Source of the DNA: Methanomassiliicoccales archaeon PtaU1.Bin124
GTDB lineage: Archaea; Thermoplasmatota; Thermoplasmata; Methanomassiliicoccales; UBA472
Assembly: GCA_002067865.1 (NCBI GenBank)
Contig: MVRC01000012.1
Location: 166,474 to 230,473 of the forward strand
Length of the DNA stretch: 64,000 nt
Direction of reading: 5' to 3'
The notes beneath the pieces are model-generated. The model was given only the letters and a program-made list of their open reading frames with translations. It had not been told where the DNA came from and did no database searches. Every line of letters starts with the position of its first letter. The first letter of the stretch is position 1. The translations under genes and the position numbers were made by a program. Positions 19,985-29,381 of the stretch are shown piece after piece.

Positions 19985-20108
19985 GCGAAGGGTATTGGTG
20001 GTGATAGGGATGAATAACTTGCCATATCCTGCAACGATGATCTGGTTTCTGGGAATAACGATATCATTGCCCACACCCTTGCACGAACGTCAAGGTGGCC
20101 AATTTCTG

Positions 20109-20438
20109 ATGACGGCGAAGGTCAAGGTCAACATGAGGCTGTGCGGCAAGACTCATCTGATTACGGTCGATTCGACTGACGAAGGTAATTATCGGGTGAA
20201 CATCGAGACCGATTGTGCCAATGTGAGGGAGTTCTCGGAAGGTCTGAACGATCTGAGCATGTCCGACCTGACAGACAAGCTGAGCAGCAAGGTCGTCAGC
20301 AGGTATCAGAACTGTCGCATGAGCGCCAACTGTCTGGCCCCGGCGGGCGTGCTCAGCGCCGCTTGGGTCGAGGCCGGCATGATCGCCCGGTCGAACGCTA
20401 AGAGGAACAAGTGCAACGACGTCGAGTTCCTTGAATAA
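20109..20438 (+). CDS. Small Cys-containing conserved protein (DUF6951-like)
   Basis: MTAKVKVNMRLCG...IETDC...NCLAPAGVLSAAWVEAG; true ORF is the 3' part of the track ORF. Confidence 0.75.
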   Translation: MTAKVKVNMRLCGKTHLITVDSTDEGNYRVNIETDCANVREFSEGLNDLSMSDLTDKLSSKVVSRYQNCRMSANCLAPAGVLSAAWVEAGMIARSNAKRNKCNDVEFLE

Positions 20439-20469
20439 TATTATACAAATATTATAAATTTAGTTGTAT

Positions 20470-20500
20470 TAAAAAAAGACCCTGGGACTAGTTCCCAGGT
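20470..20500 (-). terminator. Hairpin plus U-tract terminator between convergent genes
   Basis: CCTGGGA-actag-TCCCAGG followed by a T run on minus. Confidence 0.55.
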
Positions 20501-20817
20501 TCTATGGTTTCCCTGCCAGCTCCTCTTACATCGAGCTCTGCGCCATTGATGCAGTAGTACTGGTGCATGAGGCCCCATTCCTGAGCCACCGGACAGGACG
20601 CGCAGATGCATCCATTCTCCTCGAACGAGCAGGTGCCCTTGCCTATGATACAGAAGGCAAGGTCCGACTTCGCATCCGCACATTCGTTGTATGAGGGGCA
20701 TTGAGGGCAGTTGCAGAGCATCTTCAATTTTCTTGTTTCCTGCTCCCTTCCCTGCCTAGACATCCTGGACCATCTGTCCCGATTCTTCTCGAAATTGTCC
20801 ATGGGTGTTTTCCTCAT
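20488..20817 (-). CDS. DUF2769 Cys-rich (Fe-S/Zn) protein
   Basis: CNCPQCPSY...C...GCICASCPV...YYC; start uncertain. Confidence 0.8.
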   Translation of the reverse strand: MRKTPMDNFEKNRDRWSRMSRQGREQETRKLKMLCNCPQCPSYNECADAKSDLAFCIIGKGTCSFEENGCICASCPVAQEWGLMHQYYCINGAELDVRGAGRETIEPGN

Positions 20818-20927
20818 CTTCCTGATACAATTTACCTTCAACGACTAGATATTGATTTGCTTCCGCTAGGTGTTAATCCAGTTAGAAAAAAAATGGAAGT
20901 GGTTTGGTTCGGTCTGGCACGATCGGC

Positions 20928-21272
20928 CTAGCGCCTTCCCATCTGCTGGGTGGCCTGCATGTTGCACTGGCCGGAGCATGCGCCGGAGCGCACGCAGTTC
21001 TGGTCCATGTTCTGAACCATGTTCCCGCTGCCGGTTCCGCTCATGTCGCAGGTCCTGTCCCTGGTCTGATTTTGCAACATGTCGGGCGTTCCGTCGCACG
21101 TTCCGTCGCATATGCCGTCGCACGTACCATCGCACGTTCCGTCGCACGAGCCGTCACGGGCCTGTGTTAACGTTCCCGCGCCCGTGTTACCGGCCGCGAA
21201 CGCGACCGGCATGAGCAAGGCCGCGCCGAGCAGCACCGCGAAGGATGCGATGAGAATTGTCTTGATCCTCAC
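20928..21272 (-). CDS. Secreted small protein with five CDG(T/I) repeats
   Basis: Signal peptide ending AFA; GGAGGTGA RBS; RDGSCDGTCDGTCDGICDGTCDGT. Confidence 0.8.
   Translation of the reverse strand: MRIKTILIASFAVLLGAALLMPVAFAAGNTGAGTLTQARDGSCDGTCDGTCDGICDGTCDGTPDMLQNQTRDRTCDMSGTGSGNMVQNMDQNCVRSGACSGQCNMQATQQMGRR
21091..21150. repeat. Five 12-bp in-frame tandem repeats (CCGTCGCACGTT consensus)
   Basis: Units start at 21091, 21103, 21115, 21127, 21139. Confidence 0.9.
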
Positions 21273-21307
21273 TTGTTCACCTCCTAGCAGGCAAGTCCTG
21301 CACGACC

Positions 21308-21378
21308 GAACCTATCTCGGTGAAAAGGTTAATGAACCTATCGTGAAAAGTGATGAAAAGTGGCGTGAAAAGTGAAAA
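21308..21378. promoter_or_regulatory. Direct-repeat operator array (TGAAAA x5, GAACCTATC x2)
   Basis: TGAAAA at 21321, 21344, 21354, 21366, 21373; GAACCTATC at 21308 and 21334. Confidence 0.5.
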
Positions 21379-21383
21379 CTGGC

Positions 21384-21938
21384 TCATTCCCGGGCATAGG
21401 TGAGGTCCACCTTCACCCGGTTCGTCGAGCCGTACCGTTCCTTGCTCACGACGCGCTTCTCGATGAGCTTGTCGATGGTGCGGGAGACCTTTGCGTCGGA
21501 CCACTTCAATTTGGTGATGAGATCCTTCTGCAGCATCTCCCCGCCGGCGTCTACGATGCTGCGATACATCTCCCTTTCATCCCCGTTAAGGAGGCGGAGG
21601 ACGAGGTAGTCCGATTCCGATATGCTCTCATCCTTCTCCTCCACCTTCACCGGTTCCGCGGGGGTCGCGGGCGCCTCTTGCGCAGGTGCAGGCGCATTCA
21701 CATTAACGACCGCGTCCTCATGCTTCCCGCGATATAATAGGACCCAAGCTCCGATGGCGATCAGGGCCACGCCCACCCCCATGAGAGCGATGTTGGTCAG
21801 GCTGTAGTTGGCCGTTCTGCTCCCCATATCGCGCATACCGCCTGAACCCACTTCCGGGGTCAGCAGGCCGATCGCGATGGCCAGAACCCCGATGAGCATC
21901 AGACAGACCGCCAATACCTTCCTCGTTCTCGGGCTCAT
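21384..21938 (-). CDS. Membrane-tethered winged-helix regulator (2 TM + MarR-like HTH)
   Basis: Two TM segments then LNGDERE...GGEMLQKDL...WSDAKVSRTIDKL...ERYGSTNRV. Confidence 0.85.
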   Translation of the reverse strand: MSPRTRKVLAVCLMLIGVLAIAIGLLTPEVGSGGMRDMGSRTANYSLTNIALMGVGVALIAIGAWVLLYRGKHEDAVVNVNAPAPAQEAPATPAEPVKVEEKDESISESDYLVLRLLNGDEREMYRSIVDAGGEMLQKDLITKLKWSDAKVSRTIDKLIEKRVVSKERYGSTNRVKVDLTYARE

Positions 21939-22034
21939 GATGACTGCCTTCTAGATGGGCACACCATTAAAAAATCATTCACAATCATTTCACCGAACTA
22001 ATAAATGGAATTGATTCGGTCCAGAACGGGCCGT

Positions 22035-23828
22035 TCACTTCTTCCGCTCTCTGAACTCGATCTCCTGGTGCAGCGGGATCAGGCCCCTCTCCTTCTCCTT
22101 GTCGGCCAGCGGGGAGGACAGCGGGTCCTTCACGAAGTCCATCTTCTGTTCCTTCAGATACCTGCTGCCGGTGCACGTTCTGTCGTAGACCATCTTCATC
22201 AGGTAGACGAACCAGCACACATATCCCAGGGTGATGACGATGACCGAGGGCCACCAGACCGGGAACATGAAGCAGACCGTGGCGCACATGATCAGGCCCA
22301 GTGTTATGGCCTGGGCGATGTAGTTGGTCAGCGGCTTGTCCGAGCCCATGGCCGAGCCGAGGTTGGTATAATCGATCAGGCGAATGACAGACCTCATCTC
22401 CCTGGCCAGCATGCGGTACACCTGCAGGCACAAGGCTATCGTGACAATGAATATGGCCAGGTGGAGGACCCCCTCGGTGGCCGCCGTGAGCATCAGGCCG
22501 ATGACCAGGGCGCCGAGCACCATGAGGAACTTCTTGGTGACCTTGAACGGGCGGAAGGTGGAGGGGAAGACCAGCTTGCCCAAGGTGCGGGCGACCACGG
22601 CGCCTCCATACTTCAAGAAGTTGGGCATCCTGAGGCCGACCCTGTCCGCTATCTTGTAGGAGTTCTTGATGAAGAACGGGCAGAGCGCGGACATGACGAA
22701 GGTGATCGCTCCTGCTATAGGGTTAAGCTCAGCGCCCTTGGTCGACGCGGGCAACTGGGCCCCGACCGATGCGTACATGACGGACTCCCCGCCGCGGGCG
22801 CTGAACGATGCCCCGATCGTGACCGATGCGCCCTTATTGAAGCCGATGAGATATGCTACGAAGGGCATAATGACCATCTCGGCCAGTAGGATCAACACCA
22901 CTGCCACTATGACGACCGGCATCATGGTGATGAACATGGGCGGGTCGATCATCATGCCGAAGCTGACGAAGAAGATGGCCACGAAGGCGTCTCTGAGCGG
23001 CGAGATCTTCTTCTCCATGCGGTCCATGACCTTCGTCTCCGCGAAGACCATGCCGATGAAGAACGCCCCGATGAGCTTCGGGACGCCGCAGTAATCGGCG
23101 AAAGCGGCCGAGCAGAACACGATGCCCAGCATGAACAGCACGAACATCTCGTCGCTCTTCATCTTGGAAAGGTACGTCACGGTGCGGGGAATGACGAACG
23201 CTGCCAGCACTGCAAAGAACGCGAAGAACGCGATCATGCCGACGACGAGGTTGACGATGGTGAAGTCCGGGTTTATCTTGATGACCAGGCCGCCCACCAC
23301 TGCCAGGAACACCATGGAGATGAACTCCTCCAGGATGACCATGCCCAGGATGTACTCGGTCTCCGGCTTGGACATGCGGTTCAGCTCGATGAGCGTCTTC
23401 ATCGCCACGCCCGAGCAGGACATGGCCATGACCGCCGCCAGGAAGATGGAGTCGACCAGGGGCCAGCCCAGGCCGAACGCTAACAGGAAGCCGACGAACA
23501 GGTTGATGCCCACATCGATGAAGCTGAGGATGACCGCGGGGCCCTTGACCCTCTTGATCTTCTCCATGCTGAACTCCAGCCCGACGAAGAAGATGAGCAG
23601 AAGGATGCCTAACTGGCTGAGCGCATCGACGATCTGGGTGTCCTGCACGAGGCCATGGTAGACGTAGCCGCCGATCTCGATGTACATGAACGGGCCGAGA
23701 AGGATGCCGACGAGGATGTAACCAAGAATGGCGGATTGTTTAAGGCGGTAGGCTAGCGCTGACCCTACGAAGGCTATCAGTAGGATAGCTCCCAGCTCAA
23801 GTAACAGGGTGCTTGATTCGACTGCCAT
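22035..23828 (-). CDS. CPA2/Kef-type cation:proton antiporter with extra C-terminal TM segments
   Basis: GYILVGILLGP, FFVGLEFS, IGAFFIG, LRDAFVAIFFVSFG, ARGGES. Confidence 0.9.
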   Translation of the reverse strand: MAVESSTLLLELGAILLIAFVGSALAYRLKQSAILGYILVGILLGPFMYIEIGGYVYHGLVQDTQIVDALSQLGILLLIFFVGLEFSMEKIKRVKGPAVILSFIDVGINLFVGFLLAFGLGWPLVDSIFLAAVMAMSCSGVAMKTLIELNRMSKPETEYILGMVILEEFISMVFLAVVGGLVIKINPDFTIVNLVVGMIAFFAFFAVLAAFVIPRTVTYLSKMKSDEMFVLFMLGIVFCSAAFADYCGVPKLIGAFFIGMVFAETKVMDRMEKKISPLRDAFVAIFFVSFGMMIDPPMFITMMPVVIVAVVLILLAEMVIMPFVAYLIGFNKGASVTIGASFSARGGESVMYASVGAQLPASTKGAELNPIAGAITFVMSALCPFFIKNSYKIADRVGLRMPNFLKYGGAVVARTLGKLVFPSTFRPFKVTKKFLMVLGALVIGLMLTAATEGVLHLAIFIVTIALCLQVYRMLAREMRSVIRLIDYTNLGSAMGSDKPLTNYIAQAITLGLIMCATVCFMFPVWWPSVIVITLGYVCWFVYLMKMVYDRTCTGSRYLKEQKMDFVKDPLSSPLADKEKERGLIPLHQEIEFRERKK

Positions 23829-24102
23829 CTATGCCGCCTGATGTGGCGCGGCGCGATCTATCATATATTACAGTCGCTTGGCGTCCCAAGCGATCGATTC
23901 TCTAACCCGTACCATCCCAGAACGGGCCGCGTGCATCCCGAGCAAATAAATAACGTATCAATTAATTAAATGTTGGTAAAGAGTTTGGCTCCTGGGGTGT
24001 TCCGGGGCGGTGGAGGGATAGGAGATAATGTAAATCCGGCCTACCATCTGCCCTTGGGAAAAGAACGTCTTTCAAAGATGATCGGAAGAAGATGATGCCC
24101 GG

Positions 24103-25392
24103 ATGAGCGACAAGGAGACCTTCGACCAGATTCTCATTGAGGCCTCGAGGATGAGGAAGGCCATGGCGGAAGCGCCGGGCCGATACATCAAGGCCAAGGC
24201 GATCATGGCCGAGGCCAGGGAAAAGGTCGACCGGAACCCCAAGAGGGCGCTGAAGCTGATGACCTCCGCCAGGGAGGAGGTGGAGCAGGAGGCCGCAGTC
24301 CTCAGGCGCCTGGCGAACATCCGCCGGCGCAGGACCATCCTGCCCTCCTACCAGGCCATGGACGAGGAGGTCGTCAGGGAGAACCAGTTGGATGAGCTTC
24401 TGCAGAACGGCGATTATCAGAACGCCCAGGCCAACCTCGACTTCCTGGAATCGGCGCTGCACGATGACGTGGAGCAGAGCGTGGAGAACGAGGTGGCGCT
24501 GGAGCTGCCCGAGGCCCAGCTCACGTTCGGGCAGGGCAACACTCTCGTTCTGAAGATCGCCAATCGGACGAAATTCCCCATGCGCATGCTGAAGCTGGCA
24601 GGAAGTTCGGCCCAGGCCCAGGTGATCGTCTTCGATGAGTTCAAGGGCGTGGTCCTGGCCGGGGCCTCCAAGGATGTAAGGGTCAACATCATCCCGAACA
24701 TCGAAGGGGACCTGGTGATCGAACTGGAGGGAATGGTGGAGATGAGCTCCAGGCAGATCCCGGTGAAGAAACATTCGTCGATGAAGGTTAAGCCCGCGCC
24801 GGTCCAGACGATCTATGTGCAGGGGACGCCGGGTCAGATGCCGATCGCCCCGCCGAAGATGGCGCTGAGCGATCCGTTGGACCTGATCGATAAGGGGAGC
24901 GTGGACCAATGGTGCTCGCTCATCACGACCTATTATGAGAGCAAAGCGGCGATGTCACTGGAAGGGCTGGTGCAGAAGGTGTCCGGTTTCCAGACGGCCG
25001 AGGGCTACCGTTCATTGTTCCAGGCGCTGCTGTTGATCGACTATTCCAATCCACAGGCGTGGCATGACTGGTTCTCCTCGCAGGGCATCGTCGGCGAAGA
25101 GATGACCAGGCGCTGCTCCGAGCTGTTCTTCCACCTGGCGTCTGCGAAGGGTGCTTACGAGCTGGAGCTGGACGGGAACGTGGGGTCGTCGAACAACCAG
25201 TACCTCATCAGCGCGCTTCATGTCGCTTCTGGACTGATAGCGCTGGACCGGGAGAGGCGCAAGGACGTCATGAAATGGGAGATCACCGGGACGAGGAATG
25301 GCAAACCATTCCTCCTCACCGTCGAGCGGGCGATAAAGAAGGGAGAGGCGGGGGCGAGGTCCCGTTCCGTCTTCAAGATGGCCCTAAGCTGA
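24103..25392 (+). CDS. Soluble multidomain hypothetical protein (helical N-terminus, Ig-like middle, Pro linker, alpha/beta C-terminus)
   Basis: Host-like codons; LKIANRT...LAGASKDVRVNIIPNIEGDLVIEL Ig pattern; 9-bp convergent overlap with next gene. Confidence 0.75.
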   Translation: MSDKETFDQILIEASRMRKAMAEAPGRYIKAKAIMAEAREKVDRNPKRALKLMTSAREEVEQEAAVLRRLANIRRRRTILPSYQAMDEEVVRENQLDELLQNGDYQNAQANLDFLESALHDDVEQSVENEVALELPEAQLTFGQGNTLVLKIANRTKFPMRMLKLAGSSAQAQVIVFDEFKGVVLAGASKDVRVNIIPNIEGDLVIELEGMVEMSSRQIPVKKHSSMKVKPAPVQTIYVQGTPGQMPIAPPKMALSDPLDLIDKGSVDQWCSLITTYYESKAAMSLEGLVQKVSGFQTAEGYRSLFQALLLIDYSNPQAWHDWFSSQGIVGEEMTRRCSELFFHLASAKGAYELELDGNVGSSNNQYLISALHVASGLIALDRERRKDVMKWEITGTRNGKPFLLTVERAIKKGEAGARSRSVFKMALS

Positions 25393-26181
25393 GTAGATCT
25401 TCTCGATCATCTCTTTCGCCTTCTCGGAACTGGCGCCCCCCAGTCCGGAGCTCGGGTCCACCAGCGAACTGATGGCCCTCCATCCCCTCTGCGGCAACGT
25501 CAACGGCAGCTTCGACAGCACCAGGTTGCATCTGGACGTCGAGAGGGACAGCGGCGGTTCGGTCATGAAGGTGATCGGAACGAGGCCTAGCTGGATGTCG
25601 AGCAGCTTCGACAGCATGTAGCCCAGCTTGATGCGGTCCTTCTGCTCGGTCCCCTTGCACGTGACCACGAACTTCACTTGGGGGTCCTTGACGAAGCCGT
25701 CGACCAGGCGGTTCACGGATTCCTTGGATATGAGGCTCTTGAGCGGGGCGATCTCCTCTTCCAGCGGCACCGGTTCCCAGTTTATGTCGAGCTTAGGTAC
25801 CTCGCCGATGGGGATGCCGTTCTTCTCCTCGTCGGCCACGAGGGCCTTCTCCACGTCGTAATAGGAGAGGCCTTGCGCCAGTGCGCTGCGGGGAATGAGG
25901 AGGGTGTGGGTCAGGATGCCGGTGCGGCCCTTCTCGTCCAGCTTGTTGCGGCGGAAGATCTTGCTGAAGTACACCCCTTCCAGCGCCGGGACCGATGCCA
26001 CCAGCCTTGCTTCAGCGGTGAACACGTCCTCGGCCTTCACGTAGTTAGGGTCCAGCGGGATATAATAGCCGATGAAGCGTTCATACTCATCGGGATTGAT
26101 GTTAGATGACCTGGCCCGCTTCGAGTAACCCTTCTTCGGCACCGGTCCGTAGATGAAATGCTCCACGGAGGTGACGGTCAT
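25384..26181 (-). CDS. GTPase-associated protein, GAP1-N/longin-DENN-like
   Basis: HFIYG..KGY...RS start and DEKGRTGILTHTLLIP motif; ATGA overlap with GTPase stop. Confidence 0.6.
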   Translation of the reverse strand: MTVTSVEHFIYGPVPKKGYSKRARSSNINPDEYERFIGYYIPLDPNYVKAEDVFTAEARLVASVPALEGVYFSKIFRRNKLDEKGRTGILTHTLLIPRSALAQGLSYYDVEKALVADEEKNGIPIGEVPKLDINWEPVPLEEEIAPLKSLISKESVNRLVDGFVKDPQVKFVVTCKGTEQKDRIKLGYMLSKLLDIQLGLVPITFMTEPPLSLSTSRCNLVLSKLPLTLPQRGWRAISSLVDPSSGLGGASSEKAKEMIEKIYSA

Positions 26182-27221
26182 TTGTTCCCCTCGAACTCCT
26201 GCTCGTCCTTGACCTCGTCAGGCATCTTGTCTGCGATCTCACGGAAGCGGTCGATGAAACCCCGGTACTCCTTGTCGGAGTAGTCCAGTTCCGGCTTCCC
26301 CTTGATGGTGACGAGCCTGGGTATGATCTCCCCGTTCTCGTTCTGCTCGGTGTGTATCTCCGAGAAGAAGAACGCCGACTTGTCGAACGAGACGTTCGCC
26401 AGCACACCCCCCTTGGCCAGCGCCATGGTGTCGCCGTAGTACTTGGCCAGGATGGCCTTGGCGTAATCCTCCTTGCTGAACCCCTTCTTGGAGGAAAGGC
26501 CGGCGAACAGGCCCCGCTTCTCCGTCTCCAGCTCGGCGAAGGTCATGGGCCAGTTGTTCTGCTTCTTGATCTCGTTGTCCAGCAGGTCGAACTTCGTGAG
26601 TATGAAGACCGGGTAGATCTTGGCCTTGTCCGGGCTGGTACGGAAGACCTCGGACTTGTACTTCGAGACCGCCGAGATCAAAGTGGCCATGAACACGTCG
26701 TAGTTGCGCATCTCCTTGAAACGCTCGGTCCTCGCCTCAGCGTTGACGCGGCTCAAATCGACCAGGAACACGAGCACGTTGCACTTCAGCAGCTCCCTGA
26801 ACGATTCGCTCAAGGTGTCGAAGTTGAACTCGCCCTTGTAGGTGCCGGATGCTATGCTCTCGCGGTACTGCTCCAGCGAGCGGAGGATGTCGAGGTCCTC
26901 GCCGGCGATATCGTACACGGTGAAGTCCATGATGTCGAACTTCGAGGAGGACTTGTTGCCCAGCGACAGCATCTTCTTGTAACCGTACTTGAACTTGTAC
27001 TTGGACAGGTTCCCTTTCAGCGTGCTGTCCGCCCATTGACCCGACATGAGGTCGGTACGGATGTCACCGAGGATCTTCTCGAACGAAGGGTCGGTGGTGA
27101 AGCGGAACTCGCCTGGACCGACGTTCTTGATGTCATTGGTATATCGGACCTGCGACTCATAGAGCAAGCTGAGGAACACGGTCTTGCCGCAAGACCTGTC
27201 CCCGAATATCGCTACCGGCAT
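26178..27221 (-). CDS. TRAFAC-class GTPase (DO-GTPase2-like)
   Basis: G1 GDRSCGKT, putative G2 Thr (DSTL), G3 DIAGE, G4 TKFD; own TATA ATATTTAAT at 27244-27252, leaderless. Confidence 0.85.
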   Translation of the reverse strand: MPVAIFGDRSCGKTVFLSLLYESQVRYTNDIKNVGPGEFRFTTDPSFEKILGDIRTDLMSGQWADSTLKGNLSKYKFKYGYKKMLSLGNKSSSKFDIMDFTVYDIAGEDLDILRSLEQYRESIASGTYKGEFNFDTLSESFRELLKCNVLVFLVDLSRVNAEARTERFKEMRNYDVFMATLISAVSKYKSEVFRTSPDKAKIYPVFILTKFDLLDNEIKKQNNWPMTFAELETEKRGLFAGLSSKKGFSKEDYAKAILAKYYGDTMALAKGGVLANVSFDKSAFFFSEIHTEQNENGEIIPRLVTIKGKPELDYSDKEYRGFIDRFREIADKMPDEVKDEQEFEGNK

Positions 27222-27318
27222 GCGCTAAGCATCGTATGTTGAGATTAAATATCTTTTCCAGACAATAATTTGCCTTCTCCGATAGAAACTGGGCCGATGT
27301 TTGATTGGAAATGAGCCT

Positions 27319-28083
27319 TTATTTGACTTCAGCTTCCTTTTCGACCTTCGCATGGCGTTCATCGTCCCTGAGCCAGAGCTGGTAGAGGAGGAACGCCAGC
27401 AGGGCGATGGTGAAAGCCAGGCCGATGACGCTGAACATGTTGCCTACGATGATGTCGGTGAGCGGTCTGACGGCTGGGGCCAGGTACCAGGCGGCCAGGC
27501 CCACCGCCGTTGCCATTACGGCCGCCAGACATACGCGCAGCGTGATGAACCGCATGTTCCTGTCGATGGCGATATCCAGTTCTTCCTTGGGGGCGCCCCG
27601 CTTGACCAGGCCCCTCTTCCTCTTCATGGCCTGCTGCCAGGAACGGAAGTAGAGGTCGGCCGCGACCAGCACTATACCGTTGATCATCACAACGCCGGCA
27701 CCGAGATCGTTGGAGAATGTATGGAAGAAGTCCACGTCGCTCTTGGCGATGAGCCAGTTCAGGTCCCCGTAGTACAGCACGGAGAAGATGAACATGAACC
27801 AGGAGAGATAGAGGGACAGCCACAGCGCCCTGGCGTTCCAAAGGCCGTAGACGAGCAGCAGCAGGAAGACCATGGTGAGGATGAACTCGGAGCTGAAGCC
27901 GGTGAAGATGAAGCCGATTACGCCGAGGATGCTGTGCATGGTGCTCTGGTACTTGGCGTTGTGATTGAAGACGATGAGGGAGAGCGCCAGCGTGGTTGAG
28001 ATGACGAAGAATGGGAGCATGGAATTGCTCCACCAGAACACCTTCTTCGGCCGGAGCTTATTGATGACGTCCATGGCGTTCAT
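27319..28083 (-). CDS. Multi-TM membrane protein, last gene of MoxR operon
   Basis: About 7 hydrophobic segments; abuts DUF58 gene. Confidence 0.8.
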   Translation of the reverse strand: MNAMDVINKLRPKKVFWWSNSMLPFFVISTTLALSLIVFNHNAKYQSTMHSILGVIGFIFTGFSSEFILTMVFLLLLVYGLWNARALWLSLYLSWFMFIFSVLYYGDLNWLIAKSDVDFFHTFSNDLGAGVVMINGIVLVAADLYFRSWQQAMKRKRGLVKRGAPKEELDIAIDRNMRFITLRVCLAAVMATAVGLAAWYLAPAVRPLTDIIVGNMFSVIGLAFTIALLAFLLYQLWLRDDERHAKVEKEAEVK

Positions 28084-28084
28084 C

Positions 28085-29374
28085 TCATCCCCTCCTTCCC
28101 ACGCCGAACAGGAGCATGCGCTGCAAATTCTGCCTTTGCGGGTCCCAGGGCACGACGAACGTGCCTTCCTTCCTCAGCTCCTTCAGCTCCGGCAGGTCGT
28201 TCATGTTGGCCATGACCGAGGCCAGGTCGTCCAGCGGGCCCTCCGCCCCGAGGTGGTTGCCGCTCACATGGATGACGATCGAGGTGGCCCTCGGTCCCGA
28301 ATACCGTTTCAGGTCCCGCATCCCGTTCTTGATGTCGTCGACGTTCCTGTCGCGCACGTTCGTGATGACGATGAACAATGGGCTGGTGCCCTGCAGATGC
28401 CCCTTGAGCGAGCGGACCAGGTAGCGCAGGCCGCCGTCCATGAACGACATCTCCATGCGCATGAGAGTACGGCCGATGAGCTCCCTCTGCCTCCTGCCCA
28501 GGTCCGGATAGATGACCTTGTCCTTGTTGAACAGCACCATGCCGACGCTGCAGTTGCGGCCCAGATAATAATCGGCCAGGCCGCTCGCCGCCTGTACGGC
28601 GTACTCGAACGCGTTCTGCACGTTGGTGCCCTGCGCCATTCCCGGTCCGCAGTCCAGCAGGATCCACACGGTCTTCCGTCCTTCCCGCTCATACTCGTTC
28701 ACCATCAGCTTCTGGCCGTTGGAGAGGCGGGCGGTCGCCTTCCAGTTGATGCTCTTGAACATGTCGCCGGGCCGGTACTCCCTGATCTCCTTGAAGTCGG
28801 TCGTCAGGGGGCCGATCCTGCTGATGGATGTGATCGGCAACGGTATGCGGGAGGTGAGGCGGGGGTCGCGCATGCGGCGGGGGTCGATGGAACGGTGGAT
28901 GACCAGCAGATCAGTGGACTTGTCGAAGCGCACCACCATCATCTCCTCCAGGCCCAGCGCGTTGTATGACTCCAGGGTGTGCGCCCCGATCTGGTACACG
29001 CCCCGCTTGGTGCACTTCACCTTGTACGAGAAGGAACGCTGCACCGCCCCGTCCTCCTTGAAGAAGACGTGGAAGTTGCTGCCTTCCACCAGCTGGAAAT
29101 GCCTCGGCAGCTGCTCATGGCAGGTGACCATCCCGGTCCCCTCGCCCACATTGAACTCGGAGGTCACCTCCACCACCTCGTTCACGATCGCCAGCCTCTT
29201 CTGTTCCGGCAGCGATGTCCCGAGCCTCCAGGGCTGTCTTACCTCTACTCCGAGCACGAGGAAGAAGAACGGCACCAGCGATAGCACTATCAGCACTATG
29301 TTGCCGAACAGCAGCCCCGCCAGCAGCAGGGAGAGGAAGATGACGAACTCGGTGGAGACCCTTCTGGACAGCAT
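28085..29374 (-). CDS. DUF58 (Ig + vWA-like) membrane protein
   Basis: FKEIREYRPGD..KSINWKATAR..LMVNEYERE; MIDAS degenerate (DCGPG). Confidence 0.93.
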   Translation of the reverse strand: MLSRRVSTEFVIFLSLLLAGLLFGNIVLIVLSLVPFFFLVLGVEVRQPWRLGTSLPEQKRLAIVNEVVEVTSEFNVGEGTGMVTCHEQLPRHFQLVEGSNFHVFFKEDGAVQRSFSYKVKCTKRGVYQIGAHTLESYNALGLEEMMVVRFDKSTDLLVIHRSIDPRRMRDPRLTSRIPLPITSISRIGPLTTDFKEIREYRPGDMFKSINWKATARLSNGQKLMVNEYEREGRKTVWILLDCGPGMAQGTNVQNAFEYAVQAASGLADYYLGRNCSVGMVLFNKDKVIYPDLGRRQRELIGRTLMRMEMSFMDGGLRYLVRSLKGHLQGTSPLFIVITNVRDRNVDDIKNGMRDLKRYSGPRATSIVIHVSGNHLGAEGPLDDLASVMANMNDLPELKELRKEGTFVVPWDPQRQNLQRMLLFGVGRRG

Positions 29375-29381
29375 CTCAGCA

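Noticed and set aside
21091-21150. Short repeats as a possible CRISPR array
   Set aside because: 12-bp in-frame coding repeats without spacers; no cas genes.
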